Assembly (NCBI GenBank): GCA_964565945.1
Contig: CAZMGY010000019.1
Location: 30,001-62,000, forward strand
Reading direction: 5' to 3'
From: an uncultured bacterium
Lineage (GTDB): Bacteria; GCA-001730085
DNA: 32,000 nt
This document shows, one piece after another, positions 1 to 8,391 of the stretch. Made by a program: the position numbers and the translations under genes. The notes beneath the pieces are model-generated. The model was given only the letters and a program-made list of their open reading frames with translations. It made no database searches and was not told the DNA's origin. Each line of letters begins with the position of its first letter. The stretch's first letter is position 1.

Positions 1-1
1 A

Positions 2-130
2 TATTGGTTTGGGTATTCGCAAGAGTACATTCGAGTGGGCTTAGCTAGTGATCAGGACTTGTCGAATCAGATTATTCGCGTCAAAATTAAGAATTTAGCA
101 GGTGATTTTATGGAGGGGTGTGTGGGGTAA
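2..130 (+). CDS. 3' end of an unidentified upstream gene (partial, starts beyond the window edge)
   Basis: The frame is open from the window edge (...YWFGYSQEYIRVGLASDQDLSNQIIRVKIKNLAGDFMEGCVG*) and stops at TAA 128-130, 1 nt before the next ATG. No family recognised. Confidence 0.3.
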   Translation, partial: YWFGYSQEYIRVGLASDQDLSNQIIRVKIKNLAGDFMEGCVG

Positions 131-131
131 T

Positions 132-935
132 ATGGAATACCAGGGAGTATTAAGTAAAATGGCAACAAGCCATAAAACAGACACCTCCGAAGTGTCTTAT
201 ACTTTGCGTTTGGATGCTCAAGACTGTGTTGATATGAATGCTTGTGTAGGTCAAGAGGTACAGTTGATTTTTGAGAATAAGATCCATTGCGTGAATTGTG
301 GGCGCAATATTCCCAAAACGTTCAATAACGGGTATTGTTTTCCTTGTAGTCAATGTTTGGCCGAATGTGATATTTGTATGGTGCGCCCTGAGAAGTGTCA
401 TCACTCCTCTAGAACCTGTCGTGATGAACAGTATGCCGAGTCACAATGCTTTCAGTCCCATACCTTGTATTTAGCACGGAGTGATGTGATTAAGGTCGGG
501 ATTACGCGTGAGTGGAATCGTTTTCATCGTTGGATGGATCAAGGAGCAGTCCAGGCGATGCCGATAGCTGTGTTGCCGAGCCGAAGAGATGTGGGGTTGG
601 CAGAGGTTGCTATTGCACAGGTTTTGAGCGATAAAGCCAATTGGCGTAAAATGCTCAAGGGAGATATTAACCGTGATCCATTTGATTTTTATTTGGTGCA
701 AGCCCAAAAACTCTTGAATGAGGAGCAAAAATTCTTTTTACTGGATGAGATGCTGGTGTACGATTTTGAGTATCCCGTGCAAAGTTACCCTGAAAAAGTC
801 CAGTCGGTTAAGTTAGATAAAATTTTGCAAATCAAAGGTGTTTTAACAGGCATTAAGGCACAATATCTTATGTTTGGAGATCAAGTAATCAACCTCAGAT
901 CTCATGCAGGTTATTGTGTTAGGTTTGTGAAATAA
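132..935 (+). CDS. DUF2797-like zinc-ribbon protein, function unknown
   Basis: ATG 132 (MEYQGV...) directly follows the upstream stop; the ORF-track GTG at 102 overlaps that gene. Contains a Cys cluster CVNCG...CFPCSQCLAECDIC, then a LYLARSDVIKVGIT...RWMDQGA core that I recognise as DUF2797. Confidence 0.6.
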   Translation: MEYQGVLSKMATSHKTDTSEVSYTLRLDAQDCVDMNACVGQEVQLIFENKIHCVNCGRNIPKTFNNGYCFPCSQCLAECDICMVRPEKCHHSSRTCRDEQYAESQCFQSHTLYLARSDVIKVGITREWNRFHRWMDQGAVQAMPIAVLPSRRDVGLAEVAIAQVLSDKANWRKMLKGDINRDPFDFYLVQAQKLLNEEQKFFLLDEMLVYDFEYPVQSYPEKVQSVKLDKILQIKGVLTGIKAQYLMFGDQVINLRSHAGYCVRFVK

Positions 936-978
936 AAAAGACTTATTATATGAGTGAGGTCATAAAAGGAGATACCCC

Positions 979-1233
979 ATGGCGAAAATAACATTTGAAG
1001 GAGATACTCTTGACGTTGATGCTGGTTACATTATCGAAACTTGTGAGGATTTAGGTATACCTTTTGGCTGTCGAGGTGGGACTTGTGGCACTTGTGAAGT
1101 GGGGGTTCTTAAAGGCAAAGACAGTTTGTCACCCAAGTCAGAAGCTGAAATAGACTTTGGACTAGAAGATAATTATCGCTTGGCTTGCCAGTGTGTGATT
1201 AAGCAAGATGGTGACGTCGAGATTAGTCTTTAA
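979..1233 (+). CDS. plant-type [2Fe-2S] ferredoxin
   Basis: 84 aa with the cysteine pattern CRGGTCGTCE...LACQC. AAAGGAG Shine-Dalgarno upstream. Confidence 0.85.
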   Translation: MAKITFEGDTLDVDAGYIIETCEDLGIPFGCRGGTCGTCEVGVLKGKDSLSPKSEAEIDFGLEDNYRLACQCVIKQDGDVEISL

Positions 1234-1251
1234 AGAAAGGACATTAATAGC

Positions 1252-1719
1252 ATGTTAAAAACTGGAGATAAGGCCCCTGAGTTTACTTTGTTAGATGCTG
1301 ATGAAAACGAGATGTCGCTTAAGGACTTTAAAGGTCAAAGTATAGTAATTTATTTTTATCCCAAAGACAACACCCCAGGTTGTGCCACTGAGGCGATCGA
1401 TTTTTCTGAAGCCATAGAGACCTTTTGCGAGCATAATGCCGTTGTGTTGGGTGTGTCCAAAGATTCAACGGTGTCTCATAAGAAGTTTATTGCCAAACAT
1501 AACTTGAAGGTTATCTTGCTCAGTGATCCCGAGGCCACCCTGATTGAAGCCTATGGTGTTTGGCGTGAAAAGAAAAACTATGGCAAGACGTACATGGGGA
1601 TTGTGCGTTCGACGTTTTTGATTGATGACAAAGGCGTGATTCAGGAAATTTGGGACAACGTTTGTGTTAAGGGACATGTCGAAAAGGTAGTTGCTTGTTT
1701 GATTGGAGAAGGTGCATGA
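1252..1719 (+). CDS. bcp: thiol peroxidase / peroxiredoxin, Bcp type
   Basis: [11 protein letters not shown] peroxidatic-Cys motif and overall AhpC/TSA fold signature. Confidence 0.9.
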   Translation: MLKTGDKAPEFTLLDADENEMSLKDFKGQSIVIYFYPKDNTPGCATEAIDFSEAIETFCEHNAVVLGVSKDSTVSHKKFIAKHNLKVILLSDPEATLIEAYGVWREKKNYGKTYMGIVRSTFLIDDKGVIQEIWDNVCVKGHVEKVVACLIGEGA

Positions 1720-2258
1720 AAGAATTATATTTAGAGCTAATCAAACAACTGGGGGAAGATCCTAATCGTGAAGGCTTAGTGAAAACCCCCGAACGAGCGG
1801 CCAAGGCGATGCAATTTTTGACCCGTGGTTATGAGCAAAATGTGGAAGACGTGATCAATGGAGCCATTTTTGAGTCGGACAACGACGGAATGGTGATTAT
1901 TAAGGACATTGAGCTGTATTCCATGTGTGAGCATCACTTGATGCCCTTTATTGGAAAATGTCATGTGGCCTATATTCCGCAAGGTAAAGTTTTAGGTTTA
2001 TCCAAGGTGGCACGGATTGTCGATATTTATGCGCGCCGTTTGCAGATTCAAGAAAACTTGACGCGCGAGATTGCGGATACGCTTATGGAGCATACGAATG
2101 CTTTGGGTGTGGCCGTGGTGATCGAGGCCAAGCATTTGTGCATGATGATGCGTGGTGTGGAAAAACAGAATTCTGTGATGTCGACATCGTGTATGTTGGG
2201 TTCTTTTCGCAATGAAACTTCGACACGTATGGAGTTTATGAGCTTAATAAAGGATTAA
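1716..2258 (+). CDS. folE: GTP cyclohydrolase I
   Basis: ATG 1716 overlaps the bcp stop (ATGA). [13 protein letters not shown] and CEHHLMPF motifs of FolE type I. The ORF-track start at 1695 is an upstream extension inside bcp. Confidence 0.9.
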   Translation: MKELYLELIKQLGEDPNREGLVKTPERAAKAMQFLTRGYEQNVEDVINGAIFESDNDGMVIIKDIELYSMCEHHLMPFIGKCHVAYIPQGKVLGLSKVARIVDIYARRLQIQENLTREIADTLMEHTNALGVAVVIEAKHLCMMMRGVEKQNSVMSTSCMLGSFRNETSTRMEFMSLIKD

Positions 2259-2261
2259 ATT

Positions 2262-2966
2262 GTGAGATTTGGGGCGTTAGTGACAGGAGCTTCTAAGCGA
2301 ATTGGCCGAGCAGTGGCTTTGCAATTGGCTGATAGCGGCTATGATATTGTTATCCATTACTGGTCTTCGTCTGAGGAAGCTCAAAAGCTTCAGAAGGTGA
2401 TTGAGTCTAAGGGTTGTCGGGCTTTTCTGGTTCAAGGTGATCTTGCTTTGGAAGACAATGTGCAAACCATTTGGGATGAGGCTTGCACTCAAGCTCCTGG
2501 TTTAAGTGTTTTGGTCAATAGTGCATCTATTTTTGAGCCGAGTGGTTTAAAGATGATGGCGATGAATGACTTCGATCAACATGTTAACATTAATCTTAAA
2601 GTACCTTTGATGCTTATGCAAGCCATGGCAAAGTCTGTTACTCAAGGCCTTGTGATTAACTTTTTAGATACACGTATTGAACGAGACCATGCGGACTATT
2701 TTGCTTACAATTTATCCAAGAAAGCACTTAGGGAGGTAACGCGGATGGCGGCCTTAGAGTTGGCGCCATCTATTCGAGTGAATGCGATTGCTCCAGGTTA
2801 TATTTTGCCAGGACATCGAACCCATGATGACTTGATTCAGAATATACCGCTTGCTAGGCGGGGGAGTTTAAAAGAAATTCAAGAATGTGTAAACTATCTG
2901 GTGACGAATACTTTTGTCACTGGTCAGGTCCTTTATTGTGATGGTGGAGAACATTTGGTACCCTAA
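2262..2966 (+). CDS. short-chain dehydrogenase of the pteridine reductase / FolM (dihydromonapterin reductase) type
   Basis: GTG start 3 nt after the folE stop. N-terminal VTGASKRIGRAVA (the TGxxKRIG signature typical of PTR1/FolM), catalytic YNLSK, and a position between folE and folB. Confidence 0.7.
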   Translation: MRFGALVTGASKRIGRAVALQLADSGYDIVIHYWSSSEEAQKLQKVIESKGCRAFLVQGDLALEDNVQTIWDEACTQAPGLSVLVNSASIFEPSGLKMMAMNDFDQHVNINLKVPLMLMQAMAKSVTQGLVINFLDTRIERDHADYFAYNLSKKALREVTRMAALELAPSIRVNAIAPGYILPGHRTHDDLIQNIPLARRGSLKEIQECVNYLVTNTFVTGQVLYCDGGEHLVP

Positions 2967-3190
2967 TGGATGATGCAAAAGCCGAAGAATGGCTCGATAT
3001 GAATCAAAAAATATGTTTGTGCCTAGGGATTTCAAAAAAAAAGTTTTTGGATGAGATGAAGGGGGGCTGTCCGAGCATTGAGCAGATTAATAAGAAGCTT
3101 GGTTCGAGCCGAGGGTCTTGTGGAGGTAAGCGATGTCAGCCTCAGTTAAGAAAGTTGCTAAGAGAATATAAAGAGTGGGGTCAATCGTGA
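2966..3190 (+). CDS. small BFD-like [2Fe-2S]-binding domain protein
   Basis: 74 aa with ICLCLGISKKKFLDEM...SCGGKRCQPQLRKLL, i.e. CxC...Cx4C as in bacterioferritin-associated-ferredoxin-like domains. Overlaps both neighbours by 1 nt (TAATG, TGATG). Confidence 0.55.
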   Translation: MDDAKAEEWLDMNQKICLCLGISKKKFLDEMKGGCPSIEQINKKLGSSRGSCGGKRCQPQLRKLLREYKEWGQS

Positions 3191-3567
3191 TGATTCATAT
3201 AGAAGAAATACGTATTAAAATTAGGAATTTGAGATTAAGAGCTATTGTTGGTATTTTTGATTGGGAGCGAGAAAAAAAACAAGACCTTGTGATCAATTTG
3301 GAAACACAGGTATCGGTGGATAAAGCTCTCAAAGAAGATCAATTTGAAGAGACAGTTGATTATAAATCCTTAACCAAAGAGATCATTCATTTGGTTGAGA
3401 ATTCGAATTATTTTTTGATTGAAAAAATGGCGTATGCCATTTTGGAATTAACGCTCAACAAAGATAAAGTGGTAGCGGCCGAAGTTTCGGTGGACAAACC
3501 TCATGCCTTGCGCTTTGCTGACTCGGTGGCGATTTGTGTGAGAGGATCACGTGAGTCAAATGAATAG
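3190..3567 (+). CDS. folB: dihydroneopterin aldolase
   Basis: ATG 3190 (MIHIEEIRIKIRNLRLRAIVGIFDWEREKKQDLVINLE...) is a typical FolB N-terminus, and the gene sits next to folK. Confidence 0.8.
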   Translation: MIHIEEIRIKIRNLRLRAIVGIFDWEREKKQDLVINLETQVSVDKALKEDQFEETVDYKSLTKEIIHLVENSNYFLIEKMAYAILELTLNKDKVVAAEVSVDKPHALRFADSVAICVRGSRESNE

Positions 3568-3952
3568 TGCCGTTATTGGCTTAGGGTCGAATATTAAGCC
3601 CGAACATAATATATTGTTAGCGAAACGCTTGCTTGACCAGTTGGATCATCTTGTTATTGAGGGTGGAACCAAGGATCTTGTGACGGAACCCATTGGTTAT
3701 AAGCAGCAAGATAACTTTGTTAATAGTGCTTTAAAAATTACCACAGTTAAGGATATTGATGGTTTACGTGCTGATTTGACTAAAATTGAGCAAACGCTTG
3801 GTCGGGTTAGGACCGAAAACAAAAATGGGCCAAGAACTATTGACTTAGATGTTTTGGTGTGGAATGATAGGTTTTTAGATAATGATGTCTATGATTATTA
3901 TTTTTTGAAGGATTTTGTGTGGCAGTTATGTCCGCATTTAGATATAAAATGA
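3560..3952 (+). CDS. folK: 2-amino-4-hydroxy-6-hydroxymethyldihydropteridine pyrophosphokinase (HPPK)
   Basis: MNSAVIGLGSNI... and GPRTIDLDVLVW motifs. Overlaps the folB end by 8 nt. GTG 3551 is an alternative start. Confidence 0.85.
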   Translation: MNSAVIGLGSNIKPEHNILLAKRLLDQLDHLVIEGGTKDLVTEPIGYKQQDNFVNSALKITTVKDIDGLRADLTKIEQTLGRVRTENKNGPRTIDLDVLVWNDRFLDNDVYDYYFLKDFVWQLCPHLDIK

Positions 3953-3965
3953 GGTGGATTAAACT

Positions 3966-5183
3966 ATGACAGAAAATGTTAGAGCGGAACGTTTGACTCA
4001 AAGCCAAGAATTGGCTCTTTTGCGTCGTATGGCTCAGATAATGATTGAAGAGCTGGACTTGGATCGGGTTCTTAAGGAGGTTGTTGCACTTATCAGTGAG
4101 GCGACCTTGGCAGATTCTGTTTTTATTTATTTGTTTGACCTCAAAAAAGAACATCTTTTGCTCAAGGCTTCCAAGACACCTCACGAGGGCGAGCTAGGGC
4201 ACGTTGCCCTTAAAATTGGTGAAGGAATTACTGGTTGGACTGCCGAGCGTAATGAAAAAGTTATGATTACGAAAAATGCTTACGAAGATAACCGATTCAA
4301 AGAGTTTTCGGTTTTGCCCGAAGACAGGTTTGAATCTTTTTTAGCGTTGCCTATTGTTTACAAAGACGATCCGATTGGTGTTGTTAATATTCAAAATAAA
4401 GAAATCAAGCGCTTTTCTAAGCGTATGGTTCAATTGCTTGAAACCATTGCGTGCAATGTGGCTGGTTTGATTGAAAACGCCCGTTTGTACGAAGAAACCA
4501 AAAAGAAAATGCAGCGCTTTGAGAGTTTGGTTCGAATCAGTACGTCGATCACATCTGAGCAATTGCTGGAGGGTATTTTGCAGACTGTTGTCGAAGTTAC
4601 GGCCCAGCTACTTAATTCTAAAATCTGTTCGCTCATGTTAGTTAGCGAAGACAAGAATGTCTTGGAAATTAAGGCGTCCCAAAGCTTAAGTGAGGAGTAT
4701 GTCGATAAGCCCTCTGTTGATATTCATAATAGTTTGAGTGGAGATGTAGTGAAGTCTCAAAAAGCTGTGGTGATTTATGATGTGAAAAAAGATTTTCGTT
4801 ATCAGTTTGGTGAATTGGCCGTTAAAGAAAATTTAACCTCGTTATTGATTGTTCCTATGATACTTAAAAATGAGGTTATTGGCGTTTTGAATGTTTATAC
4901 ACAAACGTATTATCACTTTGGTCAGGAAGAGATTGATACTTTGCAGATCATTGCTAATCAAGCCGCTGCGACGATCGATAATCGGCACTTAATGGAAGAA
5001 AATATCAAAACTCGTGAAGCTCTGAAAACGCTTAAGTTGGTCGAAAGAGCTAAGGGGATTGTGATGAAGCGTAATCAGATTGATGAGGACACGGCTTATC
5101 GTCTTATCCGTAAGAAAAGTATGGACGCCTGTCGTTCCATGAAAGAAATCTCAGAAGCTATTATCCTAACAGAAACTATTTAA
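3966..5183 (+). CDS. GAF-GAF-ANTAR RNA-binding antitermination-type regulator
   Basis: Two GAF-like halves (GEGITGW...ALPIVYKDDPIGVVNIQN and SLLIVPMILKNEVIGVLNVY). C-terminal ANTAR signature LKLVERAKGIVMKRNQIDEDTAYRLIRKKSMDACRSMKEISEAII. Begins 13 nt after folK. Confidence 0.8.
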   Translation: MTENVRAERLTQSQELALLRRMAQIMIEELDLDRVLKEVVALISEATLADSVFIYLFDLKKEHLLLKASKTPHEGELGHVALKIGEGITGWTAERNEKVMITKNAYEDNRFKEFSVLPEDRFESFLALPIVYKDDPIGVVNIQNKEIKRFSKRMVQLLETIACNVAGLIENARLYEETKKKMQRFESLVRISTSITSEQLLEGILQTVVEVTAQLLNSKICSLMLVSEDKNVLEIKASQSLSEEYVDKPSVDIHNSLSGDVVKSQKAVVIYDVKKDFRYQFGELAVKENLTSLLIVPMILKNEVIGVLNVYTQTYYHFGQEEIDTLQIIANQAAATIDNRHLMEENIKTREALKTLKLVERAKGIVMKRNQIDEDTAYRLIRKKSMDACRSMKEISEAIILTETI

Positions 5184-5312
5184 TTCTAATTTAATAATTT
5201 TTAATTGTTATAAATAAATTTTCTGAATTTATTGTTCAAGATGAATATCTTAGGGACTGCCCTCACATCCAAAACTGGCTTGTTATATTTCGTTTTTGTT
5301 TGAAAAGAGTGA

Positions 5313-5342
5313 TTGCCAAAGGTAAGGAGATTCCGTTATAAT
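5313..5342 (+). promoter_or_regulatory. candidate sigma70 promoter for secG
   Basis: TTGCCA (5313-5318), 18-nt spacer, TATAAT (5337-5342), about 78 nt upstream of the secG ATG. Confidence 0.45.
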
Positions 5343-5419
5343 AAGGGCTTTGATTTTAGAGATTTTTTTGCTTTAATGATTAGCAAGAGGGTTGTGTAAC
5401 ATTTCGAGGAGAGAAGAAA

Positions 5420-6031
5420 ATGTCTCTGATTATTTCTATTTTTCATGTGGTTGCAGGGTTAACCTTAATTTTGGTTGTATTGCTTCAGGCTGGTAAAGAT
5501 TCTGGTTTGGCTGGAGCTTTTGGTGCTGGCGGTGGAGGGGGAGCCAGTGACAGTGTTTTTGGAGCTCAGTCCAACACCTTTTTAAATAAATTTACTAGCG
5601 GGATGGCAATTTTGTTCATGGTGACGTCGCTTGTTTTAGCGATTCTTTCATCTCGGGAAAATCGTTCTTTGGTGATGAAGCAAAAAACCGAAGCTCCTCA
5701 ACAAGCTGTGGCTGATCAATCTGGCTTGGCTAGTGCCGTGGCTGAGGTTAAAGACTCTGTTGTCGATCCAGTTGAGGAAAGTGTTCAAAAGGTTCAGTCG
5801 GCTGTTGAGGACGTCGCTCAAGATGTGACCACACAGGTGGTTCAAGCGGTCAATCAAACGGTAGAGGACGTGGAAACTAAGGCACAGGACGTGGTTGCCA
5901 AAACCGAAGCCTTGACTCTTGAAAAACTTGAGCAAGAAGTGGCCGAAGCGGTTAAAGCAGCGGAAGCGCTTGTGGCCTCGGTTAGTTCTTCTGAAGACAA
6001 GTCAGGGCCCTCTCAAAATCAAGTGACATAA
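5420..6031 (+). CDS. secG: preprotein translocase subunit SecG with ~125-aa acidic C-terminal extension
   Basis: The first ~78 aa are canonical SecG (two TM helices flanking LLQAGKDSGLAGAFGAGGGGGASDSVFG). GAGGAG SD upstream. The rest is low-complexity, rich in V, E, Q and A. Confidence 0.85.
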   Translation: MSLIISIFHVVAGLTLILVVLLQAGKDSGLAGAFGAGGGGGASDSVFGAQSNTFLNKFTSGMAILFMVTSLVLAILSSRENRSLVMKQKTEAPQQAVADQSGLASAVAEVKDSVVDPVEESVQKVQSAVEDVAQDVTTQVVQAVNQTVEDVETKAQDVVAKTEALTLEKLEQEVAEAVKAAEALVASVSSSEDKSGPSQNQVT

Positions 6032-6046
6032 TCAAGGCTGGTTTTT

Positions 6047-7291
6047 ATGCAACAGCCCCAGCGAATGTGCGAGGTCTTTCTTAATGGCAACTTCTTTGCT
6101 TTTTGGCTAGGTCAAATTGTGGCTCAGTTTGGGGAAAAATTAACCCAAATGGCTCTGGTTGGTTTAATTTATGAACAAGTGTCTTTTTCGACACAAGATA
6201 TGTCGCTATTGATGATTTTTATGATTTTGCCTGTCTTTTTGTTCAATCCAATTGCTGGTATTTGTGTTGATTTGTGGGATCGTAAGCGGACAATGATTTG
6301 GTCGGATCTTGGTCGAGCTGTCTTGCTATTGCTTTTACCCTTGGTTTTATATGCGTTTCCACCTGAAGGGCCTTGGGGTTTGTTTCCTATTTATATTATG
6401 GTTTTTGCTATTTTTTCTGTGGCGCGTTTTTTTATTCCTGCGAAGTCGGCCATTATTCCCGAGATCATGGATTTTCAAGATTTGCGCACGGCTAATTCGA
6501 TATCGGCCACGAGTAAAATGATTGCCATACTCTTGGGTGTTCTTGGTGGAGGAACAATTGTGGTTTGGGTGGGGGCTGAGGTGTGTTTCTACATTAATGG
6601 AGTGTGTTTTATTGTTTCGGCAATATCTCTGGCGTTTATTCGTCGTAAACATCGCGTGGAGTGTCCCGAGCCTACGTTGTTTCAAAATAAGCCAGGTAAA
6701 GTTTGGCATGAGTTCAGGGTTGGTTTGAAGGAATTATGGCATAATCCCGATGTTTTGTATTTGGTGAAATTGATTTCGGTGATTATGTTTTCGGGAGGCG
6801 CCACTTTTGTTGTGTTTCCTGTTTTCGTGCATGAGCATTTTGGAGTGATGACGCATGGGCTTAGCATTTTGATTACAGCTTTAGGTGGAGGCCTTTTTAT
6901 TGGTGCCATCATCTTAGGGCGAATGAAGGGGCTGTCGAATAATCGTATGTTATTGTCTTGGAGTATGGCTCTCGTGATAGTCTTTTTTGGCTTTTTGGTG
7001 ATGATCAAATCATTTTATTTGGCTGTTCTCCTTATGTTTTTTATTGGATTTATTGGTGTGCCTATTGCCATTTGCACCGAAACAATGATTCATGAGTTTG
7101 TTGAGCAGCATAAGATCGGTCGAATTTATTCGGCCATGGAAGTGGTGATTCATGCGGTATTTCTTGTTTCGATGACAATTGCTGGTTATTTGGGGAAATT
7201 TGTCGAATCAGGAGCTGTTCTTATGATCAATACTGTGTTGACGGGGGTGTTGTTTTTGGCAATGTTCCCTTTACATCGAGAAGTTTCATGA
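6047..7291 (+). CDS. MFS transporter
   Basis: 414 aa, about 12 hydrophobic segments, MFS motif-A-like GICVDLWDRKRTM after TM2. Confidence 0.75.
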   Translation: MQQPQRMCEVFLNGNFFAFWLGQIVAQFGEKLTQMALVGLIYEQVSFSTQDMSLLMIFMILPVFLFNPIAGICVDLWDRKRTMIWSDLGRAVLLLLLPLVLYAFPPEGPWGLFPIYIMVFAIFSVARFFIPAKSAIIPEIMDFQDLRTANSISATSKMIAILLGVLGGGTIVVWVGAEVCFYINGVCFIVSAISLAFIRRKHRVECPEPTLFQNKPGKVWHEFRVGLKELWHNPDVLYLVKLISVIMFSGGATFVVFPVFVHEHFGVMTHGLSILITALGGGLFIGAIILGRMKGLSNNRMLLSWSMALVIVFFGFLVMIKSFYLAVLLMFFIGFIGVPIAICTETMIHEFVEQHKIGRIYSAMEVVIHAVFLVSMTIAGYLGKFVESGAVLMINTVLTGVLFLAMFPLHREVS

Positions 7292-8391
7292 AGGTTTTAA
7301 TTCTGTCGATTTCCGATTTTTCTGGACACCGTTCGGTTGCGGATGCGATTGAACAAGAGTTGCGTTCTGCTGATCCTTCGATCGTTGTGTGCAACGAGAA
7401 TTTTTTTCATTATTTACCCCAATCTTTTGTGCGCAAAATTGATGCCATCTATTATGCTATGCTCGATAAAAAGCCTGCTTTATGGCATGGCTTGCGTGAG
7501 AATAAATGGCTGGCCTTATGGATCAAAGTTTTGCAAGTGATTTTTTATTTGGTCAGTGGTATGAAGATTTACCGTAAACTTATTAAGGAGTTTAAGCCTG
7601 ATTATATTATTTGTACACAGGCCTACCCTTGCAATGTGATGGGCTATAATCGTCGTTTGTGGAGGCAACCTTATCGTTTAGGAGCTGTGATTACCGATTA
7701 CAATATGAATGCCTATTGGCTTAATCCTTACGTTGATGATTATTTTTTAGCTTCGCAACAGATGAAAAAGGAGCTTGAGCTCAAAGTGTCTGCCAAAGTA
7801 AATCTTCATTCAATGGGAATTCCTATTCGTTCGATGTTTGCTAATTCCCGTGCGGTGGAGGACTTTTTCGAAAAAGACGTTTGGGATCCGCACTGTTTAA
7901 CTTTATTGATGATGGGAGGTTCTCTAGGGATGGGGGCCTATTTGAGCTGGCTGAACACCTTGTTGGCCGATGAGGCAGAGATTCGGGTGCTTGTGGTTAC
8001 GGGAAGAAATCAAAAGCTTCAGCAAGACATCGAACGTTATTATGGGCATGATAAACGTGTGCTAACTCTTGGTTTTATGGACCATATTGCTGAGCTCATG
8101 TGTGCGGCTCATGTGTTAGTCTCTAAACCTGGCGGTGTGACGATGGCCGAAGCTTTGGCGGTGGGGATTCCTATTGTTTCGATCAATCCCTTAGCTGGTC
8201 AAGAACAGGTTAATCAGGATTTTTTAAAAAATTATTATCATGTTGATGTGGCTTTGACTCCAAAAGATTTGCTGCTCTTATGTCGTCAAAAACGCTCTTA
8301 CTGGGTGCAACTAGCCAAACAAACGCATGAATTAGGTTTTCCGTTGGCCACACAGGATCTTGTGGCCTTCATTCTAAGTTCCTTAACTTAA
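7288..8391 (+). CDS. monogalactosyl/glucosyl-diacylglycerol synthase family glycosyltransferase (GT28, UgtP/YpfP-like)
   Basis: ATGA overlap with the MFS gene. KPDYIICTQAYPC in the N-terminal MGDG-synthase domain and SKPGGVTMAEALAVGIPIV in the C-terminal GT-B nucleotide-sugar domain. Confidence 0.8.
   Translation: MKVLILSISDFSGHRSVADAIEQELRSADPSIVVCNENFFHYLPQSFVRKIDAIYYAMLDKKPALWHGLRENKWLALWIKVLQVIFYLVSGMKIYRKLIKEFKPDYIICTQAYPCNVMGYNRRLWRQPYRLGAVITDYNMNAYWLNPYVDDYFLASQQMKKELELKVSAKVNLHSMGIPIRSMFANSRAVEDFFEKDVWDPHCLTLLMMGGSLGMGAYLSWLNTLLADEAEIRVLVVTGRNQKLQQDIERYYGHDKRVLTLGFMDHIAELMCAAHVLVSKPGGVTMAEALAVGIPIVSINPLAGQEQVNQDFLKNYYHVDVALTPKDLLLLCRQKRSYWVQLAKQTHELGFPLATQDLVAFILSSLT

Noticed and set aside
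5213-5233. Perfect 8-bp hairpin AATAAATT-TTCTG-AATTTATT after the ANTAR gene, considered as an intrinsic terminator.
   Set aside because: The stem is entirely A/T and is not followed by a U-tract, so the predicted stability is too low to call a terminator.
6309-7008. Alternative-frame ORFs inside the MFS gene (6309-6521, 6522-6728, 6347-6709 minus, 6682-7008 minus).
   Set aside because: These are T-rich membrane-protein codons giving open alternative frames. They have no start context or motifs, and the MFS frame explains the region.
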